From an uncultured Chitinophagales bacterium (GTDB lineage Bacteria; Bacteroidota; Rhodothermia; Balneolales; HLUCCA01), in assembly GCA_964454075.1 (NCBI GenBank), contig CAYVRS010000001.1:2083-34836 (forward strand): a stretch of DNA of 32,754 bases. The letters run 5' to 3'. The number at the start of each line of letters is the position of its first letter. Position 1 is the stretch's first letter. The notes below the pieces were generated by a model. It ran no database searches, was not told the DNA's origin, and saw only the letters and a list, made by a program, of their open reading frames with translations. A program made the position numbers and the translations under genes. Shown piece by piece: positions 28,485 to 32,754 of this stretch.

Positions 28485-29351
28485 CTAGACGTGGCGTTCG
28501 GCGTGGTAGGAGGAACGCACCAGCGGACCGCTTTCCACATGCCCGATGCCCTTGCCTTCGCCGATTTCCTTATAGGTCGCGAACATGTCCGGATGCACCC
28601 ATTCGACCACCGGAAGGTGCATCTGCGTGGGTTGCATGTACTGGCCGATGGTGAGCACGTCGACCTTGTTGGCGGCCACATCATCCATCAGTTCGAAGAC
28701 CTCGGCAGGCATCTCGCCCAATCCGACCATGATGCCTGTCTTGGTGCGCAATCCAGCCTCCTTGCAGCGAGCCAGCAGCTCGAGCGAGCGCTCGTATTTG
28801 GCTTGGGGGCGTACCACGCCATACATCCGGCTCACGGTCTCCAGGTTGTGGTTGAGCACTTCGGGCCGGGCGTCGATCACCGTTTGCAGCGCATCCCAGG
28901 CGCCGCGGAAGTCGGGAATCAGCACTTCGATGGTGATTCCGGGAATCTCTTCGCGGAGGCGGTGGATGGTTTCGGCGAAAATCGGTGCGCCACCGTCTTT
29001 ACGCTCGTCGCGGTTCACAGACGTGATCACGGCATGCTTCAGGTTCATGAGTTTCGCGGCGCTGGCCACACGGTTCGGCTCATCCCAATCCAGGTCTTTG
29101 GGCGGACGTCCGGTCTTGATGGCGCAGAACCCGCAGGAGCGCGTGCACACATCCCCGAGGATCATGAACGTGGCGGTGCCGGCGCTCCAGCATTCGCCCA
29201 TGTTCGGGCACCGGGCTTCGGCGCACACGGTGTTCAGCTTGTGCGAACTGATGATGTCGGCCACCTCTTTGAAGACAGGACCTTGGGGAAGTTTCACACG
29301 CAGCCAGTCGGGGCGGCGTTTGGTGGAGGGGGAATCGGTTTCGATGATCAT
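28485..29351 (-). CDS. lipA: Lipoyl synthase
   Basis: [20 protein letters not shown] radical-SAM motif, [10 protein letters not shown]. Confidence 0.98.
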   Translation of the reverse strand: MIIETDSPSTKRRPDWLRVKLPQGPVFKEVADIISSHKLNTVCAEARCPNMGECWSAGTATFMILGDVCTRSCGFCAIKTGRPPKDLDWDEPNRVASAAKLMNLKHAVITSVNRDERKDGGAPIFAETIHRLREEIPGITIEVLIPDFRGAWDALQTVIDARPEVLNHNLETVSRMYGVVRPQAKYERSLELLARCKEAGLRTKTGIMVGLGEMPAEVFELMDDVAANKVDVLTIGQYMQPTQMHLPVVEWVHPDMFATYKEIGEGKGIGHVESGPLVRSSYHAERHV

Positions 29352-30013
29352 GGCTGTAAGATACGGGTATTGAAAACCTCACTGAAATGACGCAGGATGC
29401 GGGCTTTGACCTCCTCCGGATCCACCTCAAGGCCCAACAAGGCGTGGAGGCTGGTCACCGGCTTGTCGGTGATGCCGCAGGGCACGATGTGTCCGAAGTA
29501 CCCCAGGTCGGTGTTCACGTTCAGCGCGAAGCCGTGCATGGTGACCCAGCGCGAGCATTTGATGCCCATCGCGCAGATCTTGGCGCCATCCACCCAGACC
29601 CCGGTGAGCTTGGCTTCGCGTCCGGCCGTGATGCCGTACTCGGCGCAGACGCGGATGATGACCTCCTCCAACTCGCGCAGATAGCGATGGATGTCGGTGT
29701 AATGCCGGTCAAGGTCGAGGATGGGATAACCGACGACCTGCCCCGGACCGTGGTACGTGATGTCGCCGCCGCGGTCGATCTTCACGAACTCGGCGGACGC
29801 TTGGAGCAAGTGCGACGCGTCGCCGCTCTTGCCCAAGGTGAACACATGCGGATGCTCCGCAAAAAGAAGCAGGTCCGGCGACGGCTCGTCGATGACGGCG
29901 CCGTTGCGGACCTGCAGTTTCTCCTCGATCAGCTTCCGCTGAAACGAGGCTTGGAGGTCCCAAGCCTCGCGATAGGGCATCGCGCCCAGATCGATGACGC
30001 GGAGTCGGTTCAG
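29348..30013 (-). CDS. lipB: Octanoyltransferase LipB (start probably CTG at 30013; first ATG at 29980)
   Basis: [41 protein letters not shown]; frame continues upstream as [11 protein letters not shown]. Confidence 0.93.
   Translation of the reverse strand: MNRLRVIDLGAMPYREAWDLQASFQRKLIEEKLQVRNGAVIDEPSPDLLLFAEHPHVFTLGKSGDASHLLQASAEFVKIDRGGDITYHGPGQVVGYPILDLDRHYTDIHRYLRELEEVIIRVCAEYGITAGREAKLTGVWVDGAKICAMGIKCSRWVTMHGFALNVNTDLGYFGHIVPCGITDKPVTSLHALLGLEVDPEEVKARILRHFSEVFNTRILQP
29358..29365 (-). promoter_or_regulatory. Putative internal -10 element (CGTATCTT) for leaderless lipA, inside the lipB 3' end
   Basis: CGTATCTT-ACAGCC-ATG. Confidence 0.5.
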
Positions 30014-31428
30014 TGTTTCGCGGGCGTTCCCAGGTGCACACCTTCGCCGTAGGCCTCGGCCACGGCTTCCATCACGGCTTCCGACAGCGTCGGATGCGGG
30101 TGCACCGCGGTGATGATCTCGTGCGCGGTGGTTTCGAGGTCACGCGCCACAACGGCTTCCGCGATCATTTCCGTGACACCGTAGCCGATCATGTGGCAAC
30201 CGAGCCACTCGCCGTATTTCGCGTCGAAGACCACTTTGACGAAGCCTTCGGGATGTCCGGCAGCCTGCGCTTTGCCATTCGGCGAGAAGGGGAACTTGCC
30301 CACTTTCACATCATAGCCCCGCTCTTTGGCGGCTTTTTCGGTGAGTCCGACCGAGGCGATCTCTGGCTTGCAATACGTGCAACCCGGGATGTTCTCGTAA
30401 TTGATGGCTTTCGGATTCTTGCCGGCGATGGCTTCGATCACATACACCGCCTCGTGCGAGGCCTTGTGGGCGAGCCATGGCGCGCCGGCCACATCGCCGA
30501 TGGCGTAGATGCCTGGCACCGAGGTCTGCATGGTCTTGCGGTCGACCACGATGCTTCCGCGCTCGTGCTTCACGCCGATCTCGTCCAGGCCAAGGCCTTC
30601 CACGTTGCCGACGACGCCGACGGCGGACAGGACCACATCCGTTTCGATGATCTCTTCGCCTTTCGGCGTCTTCACGGTGACCAGCACCTTGCCTCCTTTC
30701 TTCTCGACCTTCTCGACCGTGCTTTCGAGCATCAGGTTCATGCCGGCTTTCTTGTAGATCTTGCCGAGCTCTTTGCCCACGTCTTCGTCTTCGATCGGAA
30801 CCAGGGTTTTCTGCAGCTCCACGATGGTCACTTCCGTGCCCAGCGTGTGATAGAAATAGGCGAACTCCACGCCGATGGCGCCGGCGCCCACAATGACCAT
30901 GCGCTTGGGCTGTTGCTCCAGCTTCATGGCGCGCTCGGAGTTGATGACGGTCTCACCATCGAACTTGAGGGATGGAAGCTCGCGGCTGCGCGCGCCCGTG
31001 GCGATGATGAAATGCTTGGCTTTGAGACGGTCCACTTCCACGCCGTTCTCATCCAGAATGGCCAGTTCCGACTTGCTGGCGAACTTCCCGTGGCCTTTCA
31101 CGACCTCGATCTTGTTCGTCTTCATGAGGTACTGGATGCCTTTGCTCTGTTTGTCCGCCACGCCGCGGCTGCGGGAGATGATCTTCGTGAAGTCGAAGCT
31201 CACCTCGCCGGCGGTGACGCCGTACTCGGCCGCATGCTTGATCGACTCGACGGTTTCGGCCGACTTCAGCAAGGCTTTGGTCGGAATGCAACCGATGTTG
31301 AGGCAGACGCCGCCAAGATCGCGTTTCTCGACGATCGCGGTTTTCATGCCGAAGTGGGTGGCGCGGATGGCGGCCACATAGCCGCCAGGACCGGAACCGA
31401 TGACGACAACGTCAAATTCTTTTGCCAT
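30010..31428 (-). CDS. lpdA: Dihydrolipoyl dehydrogenase (E3)
   Basis: GSGPGGY, GGVCLNIGCIPTK, GAGAIGVEFA, HPHPTLSE. Confidence 0.98.
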   Translation of the reverse strand: MAKEFDVVVIGSGPGGYVAAIRATHFGMKTAIVEKRDLGGVCLNIGCIPTKALLKSAETVESIKHAAEYGVTAGEVSFDFTKIISRSRGVADKQSKGIQYLMKTNKIEVVKGHGKFASKSELAILDENGVEVDRLKAKHFIIATGARSRELPSLKFDGETVINSERAMKLEQQPKRMVIVGAGAIGVEFAYFYHTLGTEVTIVELQKTLVPIEDEDVGKELGKIYKKAGMNLMLESTVEKVEKKGGKVLVTVKTPKGEEIIETDVVLSAVGVVGNVEGLGLDEIGVKHERGSIVVDRKTMQTSVPGIYAIGDVAGAPWLAHKASHEAVYVIEAIAGKNPKAINYENIPGCTYCKPEIASVGLTEKAAKERGYDVKVGKFPFSPNGKAQAAGHPEGFVKVVFDAKYGEWLGCHMIGYGVTEMIAEAVVARDLETTAHEIITAVHPHPTLSEAVMEAVAEAYGEGVHLGTPAKH

Positions 31429-31452
31429 GGGTGGTTCTTGTTGGGGTTTGGA

Positions 31453-32592
31453 TTAAGCCAGTTTGGAAACGAAATCGAGCTGTTCCCAAGGAAATTCAGG
31501 GCGGCCGAAGTGTCCGTAGGCCGCGGTCGGGCGGTAGATCGCGCGCTTCAGGTTGAAACGTTTGACGATGCCGGCCGGTGTGCAATCGAATTCTTTGGCG
31601 ACCATCGCGGCCAGCTCCACGTCCGACTTCACGCCGGTTCCGTAGGTGTTCACCGCGATCGAAACCGGCTCAGCCACGCCGATGGCGTAAGCCAATTGGA
31701 CGAGGGCGCGGTCGGCCAAGCCGGCGGCGACAAGGTTTTTCGCGATATGGCGTGCCGCATAGGCCGCGCTGCGGTCCACTTTCGAAGGATCTTTGCCTGA
31801 GAACGCACCGCCGCCGTGGGCGCCGTGTCCGCCGTATGTGTCCACGATGATCTTGCGGCCGGTGAGTCCGGTGTCGCCGTGCGGACCGCCGATCACGAAT
31901 TTGCCCGTCGGGTTCACGTGGAGAATGGTGTCGGCATCCATCATGCCGGCAGGAATCACTTTGGGAAGCAGGTGCTTCACCACATCGGCGCGGATCTGCG
32001 CTTGGTCCACGTCTTCGTCATGCTGGGTGGAGAGGACGATGGTGTCCACGCGCTTGGGTTTTCCGTTTCCGTCGTACTCGATCGTGACCTGGCTCTTCGC
32101 ATCGGGAGCGAGATAAGGCATCAGCGAGGTCGTCTTGCGGATGGCCGCGAGTTCGCGCACCAGGTCGTGCGACAATTGGATGCTCAAAGGCATCAGCTGT
32201 TCGGTCTCTTTGATGGCATAGCCGAACATCATGCCTTGGTCGCCGGCGCCTTGGGCTTTCGACTCGTCCGAATCCACGCCTTGCGCGATGTCAGGACTCT
32301 GCGTGTGGATGCTGACCAGGATGCCGCAGGAGTCGGCATCGAAGCGGTAGGCGGGCTTGGTGTATCCGATCTCACGGATCACGCCGCGGGTCACTTCCTG
32401 CACATCGACATAGGCCTTGGTGGTCACTTCACCGGAAATCACCGCCAAACCGGTCGTCACAAGGGTTTCGACGGCGACACGCGATTGCGGATCCTGCGCA
32501 AGCATGGCGTCCAGAATCGCATCGGAAATCTGATCAGACACTTTGTCGGGATGGCCTTCTGATACCGATTCCGAGGTGAACAAACGTTTCAT
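31453..32592 (-). CDS. metK: S-adenosylmethionine synthetase
   Basis: [49 protein letters not shown]. Confidence 0.98.
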   Translation of the reverse strand: MKRLFTSESVSEGHPDKVSDQISDAILDAMLAQDPQSRVAVETLVTTGLAVISGEVTTKAYVDVQEVTRGVIREIGYTKPAYRFDADSCGILVSIHTQSPDIAQGVDSDESKAQGAGDQGMMFGYAIKETEQLMPLSIQLSHDLVRELAAIRKTTSLMPYLAPDAKSQVTIEYDGNGKPKRVDTIVLSTQHDEDVDQAQIRADVVKHLLPKVIPAGMMDADTILHVNPTGKFVIGGPHGDTGLTGRKIIVDTYGGHGAHGGGAFSGKDPSKVDRSAAYAARHIAKNLVAAGLADRALVQLAYAIGVAEPVSIAVNTYGTGVKSDVELAAMVAKEFDCTPAGIVKRFNLKRAIYRPTAAYGHFGRPEFPWEQLDFVSKLA

Positions 32593-32657
32593 TACTGTAG
32601 TGCTATTGAGGTTGGATCGTAATCTGTCAAGACCTTGAAAATACGAAATTCTGACGG

Positions 32658-32663
32658 TATAAT
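32658..32663 (+). promoter_or_regulatory. Putative -10 element TATAAT
   Basis: TATAAT-GAGGG-ATG; divergent from the metK element at 32638-32645. Confidence 0.6.
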
Positions 32664-32668
32664 GAGGG

Positions 32669-32754
32669 ATGCTCCTCCAACTCCTCGTCGTTCTGGCTCC
32701 ATTTGCGCTTGTTTACGGCCTCATGAAACTCTTGCGTCGCCCGATCCGCCGATC
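32669..32754 (+). CDS. Start of a probable membrane/exported protein (runs off window)
   Basis: [28 protein letters not shown]; perfect TATAAT at 32658-32663, 5 nt before the ATG. Confidence 0.6.
   Translation, partial: MLLQLLVVLAPFALVYGLMKLLRRPIRR

Noticed and set aside
32593-32668. SAM riboswitch upstream of metK
   Set aside because: The apparent leader is only about 40 nt after a putative -10 box and shows no SAM-I/II consensus that I can recognise

Overview
GC-rich, gene-dense chromosomal window that is mostly housekeeping; the protein families suggest a Bacteroidota/Rhodothermota/Balneolota-type bacterium (inference). In order it holds: a partial ECF sigma factor; tRNA-Leu(UAG)-tig-clpP-clpX-histidine kinase; cutA; an M28/M42-like peptidase and a DAGK-family kinase; a REP-associated tyrosine transposase (RAYT) with an adjacent palindrome and 13-bp tandem array; a flavin reductase; radC-argS-TPR; amn-GNAT; NUDIX; two DoxX-like proteins and an inverted-architecture photolyase; a PAS/HisKA_2 kinase; two M20 amidohydrolases; 2-oxo-acid dehydrogenase E2, panC, panD, an RlmL-like methyltransferase, leucine dehydrogenase and hslO; and metK-lpdA-lipB-lipA-plsY-gpsA-AlbA_2-iscA. 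The main oddities are a foreign-looking 79-nt segment that frameshifts argS, the RAYT/REP locus, 7-nt-periodic repeat tracts (one intergenic, two in E2 linkers), a recurrent TAnnnT box 5-6 nt before start codons (leaderless genes), the domain-inverted photolyase and a probable CTG start for lipB. I cannot support a clearly novel multi-gene system from sequence alone.
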